64,000 nt of DNA, taken from positions 186,001 through 250,000 of the IMG/VR virus record IMGVR_UViG_3300044213_000107. One strand, written 5' to 3'. The position numbers and the translations under genes were made by a program. The notes below the pieces were generated by a model, which was given only the letters and a program-made list of their open reading frames with translations, made no database searches and was not told the DNA's origin. Positions 26,084 to 36,058 of the stretch are shown here, one piece after another. Every line of letters starts with the position of its first letter. Within the stretch, counting starts at the first letter, position 1.

Positions 26084-27157
26084 TCACTCCTCGATATTTT
26101 CTACTTGTTCTAATACGGGCTCGTCCCTATGTGGATGCTCTGTAATATCTTTCATTACTTGATCAAGGCATCCGTCTTCATTTCTTTCCCATGCTTTGCG
26201 GAATTTTTTAATCACAGTGCCATCAAATAAAGTGCATTTAAGACTATTACCATCTTTAGTTAGAATTCCTTTTCCTTCAAACAAATCAACAAGGCCCGAT
26301 GTTGGACTCATTCCTTGCTCATAAGGAATCTTAACCTGTACGCTTTCAAATGGTTTGGCATAGCGTGTCTTCATAATCTTACAAGCGGCGCGGATACCTT
26401 TAACTTCTGAGATCTTGTTGCCATCTTCGTCTTCTTTGAGTTTTAACTTACGCATAGCAACGACAATAGAGCTAGCATAGATAAAACCTTGACCGCCCGA
26501 GATTTTATCATCGGGGTCAAACATATCTTGGCTAGCGTACGTGTGATTAGTTGCAACTAAACCGATATTTAAAGCACCAATCATATTAACACAGTTACGA
26601 ACAAGTGCTGTTAATGCTTTAGGCTTACGACCTAAGTCGCCTTTTAAATCGCCTGCTTCAAATTGATTAACATCTGTAGGTGTTAACAACATACCTAGAC
26701 TGTCTAGTACAAACAATACTTTAGGACGAGATTCTTCAGGTAACGTTTTATATTCCTTAACAAACTCACTGATCATTTTAGCAACGTCATCAATCATTGC
26801 CATGTTAAGTTTAAGAAGTTTGTCTTCGCTGGTATCTACCCCAAGCGCATGCAACCATGCTTCATCAAGTGCGTTTTCTGTATCAATTAGAATAGGATAG
26901 ATACCTTGTGCCTGTGCGTTTTTAATTAAGTTGCCCGAACAGATAAACGATTTACCTGCGCCCGACTCGCCTGCAAATACAGTAACCTTGCCCATTGGTA
27001 TACCTTTGTAGAAGTCCCCGGAGATAAGATAGTTTAGTGCATAGTTGTTTGTTGATATCCAATCAGTGGGGTCATTAAATCCTACACTAATACCATCGAT
27101 ACTTTTTGTAATACTTTTTCTAAATTTGCTTACGTCAAATGGTTTTGCTATTGCCAT
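26084..27157 (-). CDS. uvsX: RecA-like recombinase UvsX
   Basis: AGESGAGKS Walker A, IDTENA, VLDSLG, NHTY, SGG.GF.YASS. Confidence 0.95.
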   Translation of the reverse strand: MAIAKPFDVSKFRKSITKSIDGISVGFNDPTDWISTNNYALNYLISGDFYKGIPMGKVTVFAGESGAGKSFICSGNLIKNAQAQGIYPILIDTENALDEAWLHALGVDTSEDKLLKLNMAMIDDVAKMISEFVKEYKTLPEESRPKVLFVLDSLGMLLTPTDVNQFEAGDLKGDLGRKPKALTALVRNCVNMIGALNIGLVATNHTYASQDMFDPDDKISGGQGFIYASSIVVAMRKLKLKEDEDGNKISEVKGIRAACKIMKTRYAKPFESVQVKIPYEQGMSPTSGLVDLFEGKGILTKDGNSLKCTLFDGTVIKKFRKAWERNEDGCLDQVMKDITEHPHRDEPVLEQVENIEE

Positions 27158-27167
27158 ACTTTTATTC

Positions 27168-27889
27168 CTTAAATAATTTTTTAAAATCTCTTACATTTTT
27201 TGGTGGGGTGGTTAACAAGTATAAATTATTATTTTTTGTATTAATTGAAAGTAATGATCTAATAATTGCTGTTTCAAAAAACGTATTTTCAATTTGGTAG
27301 TCTTTATTATATAACACATCATTGGCAATTGTAAAACATTTTTTAATCCTATTAAAATATTCTTCGTTTGCTTTTTAACTTGTTTAACAAAACGTTGTAT
27401 TTTTAATTTATCTGGGGTTAATCCACAGTCGATTAAAAATTTTTCTATCTTATTAAGATCTTCCCAAAACCACATTATATCAAAAATAATATCAGATTCT
27501 TGATTCATTAAATCAATTTTATCCATTAGTGTTAGACTTAATATTTCAATTTGTTCGCCGTAATTGCCAGTTCCTTGTTTATATAAGAAAGGTTTATTAA
27601 ATTCTGGTAGTTGATTATTAAATTTATAAAGACCCATCATTAGTATTAGAAGTTTTCCAAATATAGATTCAGATGTCGAATATATCAATTTATTACCGAT
27701 AGATCTTTCATACTCAATGTCTATATTAGGATGTTTGATGTAGTAAAATTTTTCATTGTGAGCAAAATGATGTAGATTTTTACCTACAATAAACAAAGGA
27801 AAACTAGAACTTCCTTCTTCTGTACAACAAGAAAGCATCGCACCAATGGTATTTCCTAAAGCTCCATTATGGTAATGTATTACAAGCAT
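27168..27889 (-). CDS. hypothetical protein with an apparent -1 frameshift near 27371-27377
   Basis: The track ORF ends at 27212; the -1 frame opening at GTT AAA AAG runs to TAA at 27168 beside the uvsX SD. Confidence 0.55.
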
Positions 27890-27896
27890 AAAAGAG

Positions 27897-27922
27897 TAAA
27901 TGGGGGCGGACCCCCATTTTTT
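27897..27922 (-). terminator. intrinsic terminator after gp32
   Basis: GC hairpin flanked by A and T runs; coordinates approximate. Confidence 0.6.
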
Positions 27923-27933
27923 ACCACGTTAAG

Positions 27934-28947
27934 TTATTGTGTTTTACGATTTCTAATCATTGCCAAAATATCTTCGGCACGTTGACTTGATGGTTTTGCA
28001 GCCGGAGTTGCTACTGGTGCAGCAGCTTCTGCTGGTTCTTCATCTATGTCAAATGGAGCAGCTTCTGCAACTGGTGCTGGTATGGCTTTTGCTACAGGAG
28101 CAGGTGCGGCTTTTGCTGATGATTCGTTGTCATCTCCAGTACTGCCAGCACCACCTTGGAAGCCACTTGGCTTGTAGTAGTTGGCCCAACGATCTGGATC
28201 GTACGGTTGACCATCAACACTAGCCTCAAACATTTCCTTGATTACTTTCAATTCGACGTCCGTGGGTTGCTTTGGCAAAAAGTCGCTCAAATTAAACAAA
28301 CCATATTGTTCGACTGCAGCAGCTTCATCTGAGTTCAACGCAGACTCTTTGCGTGACCACTTGCTTGTTGAATAGTCTGCATAACCACCTTTGCTGGTTT
28401 TAGTGACCGTAAAGTCTAGTCCGGCTTCGTAGTCAGTTGGCAAGTTTTCCAACTCTGGGTCCATCAACGCAGATTTGATCAGATTAAAAATCTGTGGACT
28501 AATAACAAATCTACGAATAGGATTTGCTGGTGCACGATCATCAGTTAAAGAATTTTCACGTACAAAACCTTGGAACAAATAAGATTTTTTCTTCCAATAC
28601 TTACGACCCATTTCTTCTAAACCTGGGTCTTTGAACCATGTACGTACTTCTGCCAAGATTGGGCAGGCAGCTCCGTACATTTCTACACACGGAACTTGTA
28701 CAACAACTGGTTTTGAATCTGATTGACCTTTAATGCCAGCAAAAGGTAAACGAATCATTAGTCGTTCAACCCAGAAAAAGTCATTTTTTGTATTTCCGTC
28801 TGGTAAAAAGCGAATTCTACTGCTTGTGCCTTCGGGGATGTTCCAATGTGGATAAATTGCGTTATCACCTTGGGATTGTGAGTTACCGCCGGAGCGGTCT
28901 GCTTGTGCTTGTAATTTAGCGCGAATTTCTGCGAGAGATGTAGCCAT
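27934..28947 (-). CDS. gp32: single-stranded DNA-binding protein (T4 gp32 family)
   Basis: RIRFLP, CPI, YWKKKSYLFQG, DFTVTKT...GYADY..S, acidic tail. Confidence 0.92.
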   Translation of the reverse strand: MATSLAEIRAKLQAQADRSGGNSQSQGDNAIYPHWNIPEGTSSRIRFLPDGNTKNDFFWVERLMIRLPFAGIKGQSDSKPVVVQVPCVEMYGAACPILAEVRTWFKDPGLEEMGRKYWKKKSYLFQGFVRENSLTDDRAPANPIRRFVISPQIFNLIKSALMDPELENLPTDYEAGLDFTVTKTSKGGYADYSTSKWSRKESALNSDEAAAVEQYGLFNLSDFLPKQPTDVELKVIKEMFEASVDGQPYDPDRWANYYKPSGFQGGAGSTGDDNESSAKAAPAPVAKAIPAPVAEAAPFDIDEEPAEAAAPVATPAAKPSSQRAEDILAMIRNRKTQ

Positions 28948-29012
28948 AATAATTTTCCTTTATAAAATGTGCCATGATTGTTTTAAGATTGTCTTAATTT
29001 TGCACACACGTT

Positions 29013-29042
29013 AGTATATGCAATTGTATTTATCTTTGTCAA
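29013..29042 (-). promoter_or_regulatory. composite sigma70 plus late promoter of gp32
   Basis: TTGACA-N18-TATACT with TAAATA in the spacer. Confidence 0.6.
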
Positions 29043-29052
29043 AGATTTTTTG

Positions 29053-30495
29053 TTATTTTTTACCCAGACCAGCTAGTGTTCGGATAAACGCCAAATCGTC
29101 AGATTCAGTAACAGGTTCATCCATTCCGGTTGCACCAACTGTGTTGTTCTGCGGCGTTGCAGGTTGCGCAGGTGGTTGTTGCGGAGTTTGATTTACTTGT
29201 GTAAGTTCAGCATAGATCTCATCAGCGAGATCAGTCATACCGTTTGACTTCATCCATGCCAATACTGTTTGGCGTGTGTCAACGTCTGGACCAAAATCAC
29301 TGCTTAATTTGGTTAGCGTACTTTCCATATCTGGATCTATATCGCTGAAGTAGAATTTTAATTCATTCCATGCATCCTGTCCATCTATACCGGCTGGCAA
29401 CGGATGCTTCATTAATTCTTTAAAGTCTTCTTGTTTGTATTCATCTTCAATGTTTTCTAACACCGAAGTTTCGTTAACCCAGGATTCAAATTCTTTGCCC
29501 ATTATTGGTTGAGAATCTTTGTATTTTTTATATGCACGATATACATATGGCAGTGCCGCATCAAATTTATCATTGTAGACTTTTTTAACAAATCGTTCAC
29601 GCAAACTAGGAATGTCAACGGAATCTTCTACTGCAGCGTCAGGGACAAAATTTTCTGCATAGTGGCGATAGCCTTTGGGCCCACCAATGTGACGTAGACG
29701 ATCGCGTAACTCACCATAGTGATGTATAGCTGCATGAGCCATTTGTTGTGTTTCTGTGTCTTCAAATTGGCGACGTTTTGCTTCACGCACAAAATGTGCC
29801 ATTGCCGACATTTCCATGCATATTCCACTTATGCTTTCACCAATTGCATCATCAACTGATCCACCATTGCTACAATGTTGCGCCATTGCACGAGCACCGT
29901 GTAGGTTTTTAAACGGCAATAGTCTGCGTTCGCCGACATGATTTTCAATAAACACACTGTCGATATTACGACTACGTGCACCACGTTTTTCATCATCTAC
30001 ATTGGCGCTATGGCGAACAATAATACGGGCAGGACCACATTCTTGATAACTGCTGCGACTTGTGCCCCACATACGACTTTCTGTAACTGCATCAACTTCG
30101 CCGGCGTCGAACGTACTGTCATGACGACTTTGTTGTTTTACATCGCGTAGTTCTAAATTGCCTTTTGTGTTGTCTCTTACATCAAATCGCATCATGTTAC
30201 TGCGAGCAAACTTTTTCATTGTAATCAAAAATTTATTCCATTCTGCGGTTTCTTCAGCGTCTAAGTGTTCACCGATGTTTTTACCAAATAAAATTTTTAA
30301 ACTTTCTTCATCAACAATACTAATAGTTACATTACCAAATTTCTTTCCATTCTGACCAATGTAATCAAAATTAAAGAAACGTGCACGTGCAGGATCACTG
30401 GTTGCTTGTGATTTTTCGTCGCCTAAACTGACGTTTTCAAAGCGACTACGGATTTTATTAAATAGTTCTGTAGCTACGTTTTCGCTGTTTATCAT
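29053..30495 (-). CDS. hypothetical, probably structural protein
   Basis: 480 aa, late promoter, located beside the terminase. Confidence 0.65.
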   Translation of the reverse strand: MINSENVATELFNKIRSRFENVSLGDEKSQATSDPARARFFNFDYIGQNGKKFGNVTISIVDEESLKILFGKNIGEHLDAEETAEWNKFLITMKKFARSNMMRFDVRDNTKGNLELRDVKQQSRHDSTFDAGEVDAVTESRMWGTSRSSYQECGPARIIVRHSANVDDEKRGARSRNIDSVFIENHVGERRLLPFKNLHGARAMAQHCSNGGSVDDAIGESISGICMEMSAMAHFVREAKRRQFEDTETQQMAHAAIHHYGELRDRLRHIGGPKGYRHYAENFVPDAAVEDSVDIPSLRERFVKKVYNDKFDAALPYVYRAYKKYKDSQPIMGKEFESWVNETSVLENIEDEYKQEDFKELMKHPLPAGIDGQDAWNELKFYFSDIDPDMESTLTKLSSDFGPDVDTRQTVLAWMKSNGMTDLADEIYAELTQVNQTPQQPPAQPATPQNNTVGATGMDEPVTESDDLAFIRTLAGLGKK

Positions 30496-30529
30496 AATTC
30501 ATGTCCAATATTAGTATATTTAGTGAAAT

Positions 30530-31624
30530 TTAAAATCCTGCGAGCATAACAAATGGCATTGGATCTATGAAATCTTCTAGGTCATTACGTACACTTTCGT
30601 CTAATTCGGCATCAAAAGTCTGCAATAATTGTATCATACGAACACACAATAACATACTCATAACTAAATCGTCAGTTTCGCCTATTTTTGCAGCAAAGCT
30701 AGTGCCGTGTGCTACAAAGTTTTTAAGTTCACTAATTAAATTATTACTTGCAATGTGCAGACGTTTGTTTTCAATTAATGCTTTTAACTTAGCACAAACT
30801 GATATCTTGGATTTATTTGAAGTGGTAAATCCTTTGCGATACACCCTTGATACACCCGCACGCTTAGGTTCACTTAAAAAGGTACCACGAATATTTTCTT
30901 CGCCCATTTCCGCAATGGTAACCAATGCTGCTTCCCCTAATGTATTATTTTCTACGCTGTAATAGATGTTATTTTCTGTGCCAATTATATCGTATATGTA
31001 TTGGCAAACTTCTTTCATTATACCTACTTGTTTTTGGATAGGAGTTTTATTGTGTTGCCATTCGGCTACCTGTTTCATTGATGGCAATTCAACCACTTGT
31101 AGTGCTGCGTAATCGCCACCGGTGCCCAGGCTAGGATCCAGGCCGACTGCATAAGTATATCCTTTTTCAGGTTTTTTATACCAGCGAACTTGCCCTTGTT
31201 TTTCAATTGGATCTATACCGGCCAGTTCTACTAGATGCAAAGGGTTAATAAGCGTCTCATCAAAAATAATGAATTCGCAATTTGATGACAGCACTCCGTT
31301 TGTGTAATATCTATGACCACCTTCAACCTCTACTAAGTCATATACTAACTGTGTTTTGCCCGTGTCCGTGACCCCAATGATCTTAATTTCTCCGTTCTTG
31401 GATAATACTATGTCCCCAACAGTAAGTTCGTTCAACGGAACTCTAGTAGTATCATCAATAAACAACTTATGGTTGTTGGTGCACTCTAACCAATAGTCCT
31501 GCTCAAACTCAACTCTGCATATTGGGCGAGTTCCCAGGCAACGTATTCCTACAAATGATTTATATCCATCAGGAGTCAAAACTTTATACCCGTGTATATT
31601 TTCTTTAAAAGTTACTTCTGCCAT
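30530..31624 (-). CDS. gp17: terminase large subunit C-terminal nuclease part, fused to a 115-aa C-intein (31280-31624)
   Basis: MAEVTF...CTNNHKL...VYDL.V...HRYYTNGVLSSN | CEFIIFDETLI; GLDPS.G.GGD, SVENN, DDLVMS. Confidence 0.92.
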   Translation of the reverse strand: MAEVTFKENIHGYKVLTPDGYKSFVGIRCLGTRPICRVEFEQDYWLECTNNHKLFIDDTTRVPLNELTVGDIVLSKNGEIKIIGVTDTGKTQLVYDLVEVEGGHRYYTNGVLSSNCEFIIFDETLINPLHLVELAGIDPIEKQGQVRWYKKPEKGYTYAVGLDPSLGTGGDYAALQVVELPSMKQVAEWQHNKTPIQKQVGIMKEVCQYIYDIIGTENNIYYSVENNTLGEAALVTIAEMGEENIRGTFLSEPKRAGVSRVYRKGFTTSNKSKISVCAKLKALIENKRLHIASNNLISELKNFVAHGTSFAAKIGETDDLVMSMLLCVRMIQLLQTFDAELDESVRNDLEDFIDPMPFVMLAGF

Positions 31625-32616
31625 GTTAGTATCTCGTAGTTATTTTTATCAGTAAACAGCCAAACCTCGTACTCAAATCCCTGTTGTAAAACGGAATCTT
31701 TTTTACGTACATTATTAGTTAATCGTGATTTGTATTTTTTATCTCCGTTACCGTCCCACCACCACCGACTTTTTACTTCAATTATTTTATTTTCTTTTGT
31801 AATCAATATATCTGGATAATATAAAGCTGTGTGTTGATTGACGTTTATATATTCAAACTTTGGTAGATCATAGACCGATTTCCTATCATCAAATTGTAGG
31901 TCGGATTCCTCATAAATTTCTAATAACTTAGTTATTGTTATATCTTCATACCCCCTAACACCAATTACACGCCCAGATGGAAGGACAAATTCTCTTCCTA
32001 AACTATTTGATTTTGCTGAATTTGTTCTTGCTTCAGGTTTCATTAATGCGTTCTCAACACCAAATTTTGTCAAACATGTTGCACGCCGTTTGTCGGCAAT
32101 TTCACTGATTTTTTCAGCTGACATTGCTTGCCAAGATGCACTTGTTTGTTTGCTATTAGCATAATATTCATCACCATAACGTTCAAATTTGGTTTTCTTA
32201 GATTTATGTTTGTATGTTGCAGATTGCGTTACCCATTCTACATCATATTTTTTTCTAAAAGTTTCTTTGGATTTTATAACTTGTGATTGTATTTGTTCTT
32301 GTGTTCTTGCACTGGCCGCTAATCTTTTATTATTAGAATCGGTATTCCTTTGTTCTATAGTCCAAGACCGTTTAGTATTGGATATGCTTAGTCCCACACA
32401 TTTAGGGTCACCGCAACTATTAGCATAGGTTTCTGTTTTTTGATAAAATGATAGGGCATTCCCGCATCTACATTTTGGGGATGTTTTGGTAATATATGTT
32501 TCAATATACTGTTGGTACGTTAGATTGTTATTTCTTAAATGCCTAGTAAATTGACCATTGGTTTTACAATAAGTTTTATGATCTATTACTGATGTTATAT
32601 ATTTTGTTTTAGACAT
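31612..32616 (-). mobile_element. free-standing endonuclease (PD-(D/E)xK-like) between the terminase halves
   Basis: N-terminal CxCG...CG...C; K..T..KKYG-type repeats; YYPDILI...KIIEVKS; start probably MSKTKY at 32616 (track 32646). Confidence 0.75.
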
Positions 32617-32648
32617 ACATTTCTCTGCTAAATCGTTCACGAGCAAGA

Positions 32649-33566
32649 TTATTTATCTAAAATATCAAACAATTCAGAAATTGTTAAGGTTCGTGCACTG
32701 TCATCGACTACAACATCTAATAGTGTATTACCGTTACAGCACTCCATTTCACGACGGAAGCGTTCTTCACCAAGTTGTGCTCGCATTTCTGCAGCCCATT
32801 TTTCATCACGATCTGGGTGTTCTCGCCAAGCACTACGGAATGCTTTAAATCCATTGATGCCTAGCTCAGTTTGGTTTCCAAACTCGTCAATGGTCTTATT
32901 AGCACCTTTCCAAATCTGTGCAAATTGATCTTCGTCTGAGTTTGGGGTACTAGTAATAATACACTTACCACCAGTTGATAGCGTAGGTGTAATCGACGTC
33001 CAGAATTCTTGTGCAATAGTCGGTCTTACGAAAGCAAACTCATCACAGTATAATAAGGATATACTCATACCACGACCGGTATTTTCTGTAGTCGTAGCAC
33101 TTACAATACGTGATCCATTTTCAAAGTCTAATGATCCCTTGTTATAACTTGTTACTCCTGCTCGTATATGATCTGGGCAATTTTCATATGCATATCGCAC
33201 ACGTTGCATAATTTCTTGTGCACCTGTATATTTGTGGGCTGCAACCAAAATAGTTGAATCGGGAACAAACATAGCATACCAAAGTAAATACCCTGCAGCA
33301 CTTGTAGATTTCCCCGTTTGTCTTGGCATTAGGCTAATAGAGAACCTATAATTGTGATAGCTATCTATTAGACGTTCTTGATACTCAAAAGGATGATATT
33401 GGATGGCTCCTTTTGTTGGGTGTTGTATAAAAAAGTAATTGTTCATGAAATATTGTGGACCAGTTACTGGGTCGGCACAATGAACAAATTCTGTAAATTG
33501 TTCTTTCGAAAGACTCATTTTTTTATAAGGAGTCTTTATGATAGATAGTTCGTTGGAATTACTCAT
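32649..33566 (-). CDS. gp17: terminase large subunit N-terminal ATPase part, ending in a 30-aa N-intein (32652-32741)
   Basis: PRQTGKS Walker A, LLYCDEFAF Walker B, TSTPN; FRREME | CCNGNTLLDVVVDDSARTLTISELFDILDK*. Confidence 0.93.
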   Translation of the reverse strand: MSNSNELSIIKTPYKKMSLSKEQFTEFVHCADPVTGPQYFMNNYFFIQHPTKGAIQYHPFEYQERLIDSYHNYRFSISLMPRQTGKSTSAAGYLLWYAMFVPDSTILVAAHKYTGAQEIMQRVRYAYENCPDHIRAGVTSYNKGSLDFENGSRIVSATTTENTGRGMSISLLYCDEFAFVRPTIAQEFWTSITPTLSTGGKCIITSTPNSDEDQFAQIWKGANKTIDEFGNQTELGINGFKAFRSAWREHPDRDEKWAAEMRAQLGEERFRREMECCNGNTLLDVVVDDSARTLTISELFDILDK

Positions 33567-33581
33567 GTTAAATATACTTAT

Positions 33582-34112
33582 ATGGAAACACTATTATTAA
33601 ATCGAGATTTGGCACCTATATCAATATTACCACTAAGTGTTATTGGTTGGCAACATGCTATAAAATTAATGTTTTTAGATCGCATTGAAGTACTTGAATC
33701 ATATGAAGATCGAGTAGTCCGTAGTGAAAAGTTGACCATTAATGTCCCTGCTGTGGCCATGACCAAAGAGTATTTTAACTATAAAAAAGGTGTAAAATTC
33801 AGTCGCCATAATTTGTATTTACGTGATTTGTATCAATGCCAGTATTGTGCAGACACATTTAATGTTAAAGATCTTACCATTGATCATGTTATACCTAGAG
33901 TAAGTGGTGGTGGCACTAATTGGGAAAATTGTGTTACTTCTTGTAGAACGTGCAATAGTCGCAAAGGCAGCAAATTACAAAAGCCATTGCGTATGCCGTT
34001 TAAGCCTAGTTACTATAAATTGATACAAACATGGAAAGATCGTCATTTTCATGTTAACCATCCAAGTTGGTATCGTTATTTAGGTGTAGAAGAAAAACAG
34101 GCCAACACTTAA
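33582..34112 (+). CDS. HNH endonuclease (McrA/HNH_5-like)
   Basis: LRDLYQCQYC...TIDHVIPR..GG...WENCVTSCRTCN..K. Confidence 0.92.
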   Translation: METLLLNRDLAPISILPLSVIGWQHAIKLMFLDRIEVLESYEDRVVRSEKLTINVPAVAMTKEYFNYKKGVKFSRHNLYLRDLYQCQYCADTFNVKDLTIDHVIPRVSGGGTNWENCVTSCRTCNSRKGSKLQKPLRMPFKPSYYKLIQTWKDRHFHVNHPSWYRYLGVEEKQANT

Positions 34113-34465
34113 TCGTTGGTTGGTTTTTCGCCGGTTAGATATGGCTTGCTAAACCAAAGTTGAAACCATTCATCTGTGCCCGGACAAATGTCTTTGTCGT
34201 GCTCGATCTTGCGTTTTTCCATTGCAGTCTTGCTGATATTAGCACCTTCGCCTTTGGCAAAGTCTGTATGACTAAAATCAGATTGTGTGTTACTGCCTAC
34301 AGGACTATTAACATTAACTGGATCAGGTCGTTGATATTCTGTTAGCAAAGATAGTCCTGCCAGTCTACGTATATCGTTTATTTCTGTGATATCCATTACT
34401 GCATCGGGTACTGTTGAATCCCCGGCCGGAACATAATCTGTACTAGTAAAACGATACTGTTTCAT
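34109..34465 (-). CDS. hypothetical protein
   Basis: 118 aa, coupled ORF. Confidence 0.65.
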   Translation of the reverse strand: MKQYRFTSTDYVPAGDSTVPDAVMDITEINDIRRLAGLSLLTEYQRPDPVNVNSPVGSNTQSDFSHTDFAKGEGANISKTAMEKRKIEHDKDICPGTDEWFQLWFSKPYLTGEKPTND

Positions 34466-34839
34466 TAGACACCGTGTTTGTTTTTCTTACGTGCAGCAAC
34501 TGGACTGGTACGATGCACTTCATCTGCTTCAGTGCTATTATTTGGTGTTAACCTTTTGCTCTTAGCTCCAAATGCACGTTCTGCTTGATCTAATATTTTG
34601 TGTTCGCCATCAGAATAAGCAACTGTAACAAGGGCCTGCCCATTGGGGCCTTCTTTGTCAGGTTCGTGCTCATACTTACCACTGGGATCTCCTGCGCCAC
34701 CTAAAAAGTGTGCAGCAAAACGCCAAGGAGCATAAGGACTAGAGTTATCCAAATTTGGATGGGTCTTCATACCAGGAGTTGCAGCAGTATGCGACTTTGG
34801 TAATTGACTAGTTTCTGTGATGATCTCAGTTATTTTCAT
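34465..34839 (-). CDS. hypothetical, probable internal head protein
   Basis: MKITEIITE N-terminus, late promoter. Confidence 0.6.
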   Translation of the reverse strand: MKITEIITETSQLPKSHTAATPGMKTHPNLDNSSPYAPWRFAAHFLGGAGDPSGKYEHEPDKEGPNGQALVTVAYSDGEHKILDQAERAFGAKSKRLTPNNSTEADEVHRTSPVAARKKNKHGV

Positions 34840-34841
34840 AG

Positions 34842-36014
34842 TCAAGTATTTATCAGTAGTTGGTAGAACTCAGGGTGTGTGTCTGCATATGAAGTGTCTG
34901 TTGCGGCATCATATTTTTTAACATAAGATAAAAAATCAGCAGAACTAAAATTTTCATCTACAATAATGTAATCTGCCAAAAAATCCAGTTCTTTAATACC
35001 GGCAGTTTTATCTAATATGGCAGTTCTAAGACTAGAACTCACTTCTTGTGCCGAGCACTTTCCGAGTCCGGTGTTAAAAGGTGTAAAGTTTTTATAGACA
35101 GCAGGGAATTCTGTAGATAAAAAATTACACAATTCTGAAATGTAAAATATATTATACAGGCTGTAGGTTATGTTAAAACATAATTCTACTCTAGGTCCAC
35201 AATTGGCTTGGAACCATTTAATATTTTCTACTACTTGATCCCATTTTGCGCCACGGCGTTGATATTCAAATCTTTTGCCGATGTCATCTATACTAAAAAA
35301 TAATCTAACTTTTTCAACAGAATTTAATATTTCTAAAAATTCCGGAGTCGGCAAGGTTGTGGCATTTGTAAATATCCAAATAGTTAGATCATCGTAGCTG
35401 CGATATTTTCCCATGTTTCGAAAAAATTCATAGTATGCCGGTTCCATAAATATTTCGCCGCCTTGCAGTTGTACCAATTTAAGACTTTTAAATAATGCAG
35501 GATCATCAATTACAGGACGGTCATTCTTTTTATATTTCATTCCAGGCCAAATAAATCCCCAGTGTTTTTCGTACAAAGGAATCCAACTACTGCTGTTAAA
35601 AGGACCACATATAGCACAACTTAGATTACAAAGGTTTCCTAGATTTAAATCAATCCTTGTTAAAACTTCTACTTCACTAGTGCCGTGCTCTCTAATAGCA
35701 TGATATCTTCCACTGGCGTGAGGATTTATTTGATCTTGCTGATAACAATGGCCGCAACCAGGATGCTTTTCGTTATTTTTATTTTTTTCTCGTAGCTCAA
35801 CAATAAATGGTGCAGAATTATAATCATTGTAAATTTCATTGCTGCGAGAAATAAACATATCCTCACCTTTAGGCTTATAATCCCTATTAAAATAACAACA
35901 GGGTTTATAATCAAAGCGATCGTTCAGTTGATTTATGTATGCTCTATTCCATATCTCAGGGCAATAGACATCAGGATCTACATCGGTGTGATGTATCTTT
36001 ATTGGATATTCCAT
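34842..36014 (-). CDS. radical SAM protein with SPASM/twitch-type cluster
   Basis: CNLSCAIC, QGGE, KPCC...CGHC. Confidence 0.88.
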   Translation of the reverse strand: MEYPIKIHHTDVDPDVYCPEIWNRAYINQLNDRFDYKPCCYFNRDYKPKGEDMFISRSNEIYNDYNSAPFIVELREKNKNNEKHPGCGHCYQQDQINPHASGRYHAIREHGTSEVEVLTRIDLNLGNLCNLSCAICGPFNSSSWIPLYEKHWGFIWPGMKYKKNDRPVIDDPALFKSLKLVQLQGGEIFMEPAYYEFFRNMGKYRSYDDLTIWIFTNATTLPTPEFLEILNSVEKVRLFFSIDDIGKRFEYQRRGAKWDQVVENIKWFQANCGPRVELCFNITYSLYNIFYISELCNFLSTEFPAVYKNFTPFNTGLGKCSAQEVSSSLRTAILDKTAGIKELDFLADYIIVDENFSSADFLSYVKKYDAATDTSYADTHPEFYQLLINT

Positions 36015-36058
36015 ATTGAAAAAGTTAAGTGATTATGTATTTAACCACTTAACTAATT

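Noticed and set aside
26084-27157. Intein or split in uvsX
   Set aside because: Continuous 357-aa RecA-like sequence without Hint motifs.
31612-32646. Group I or II intron explaining the terminase split
   Set aside because: Both flanks carry clear intein motifs with separate stop and start codons, which fits protein trans-splicing rather than RNA splicing.
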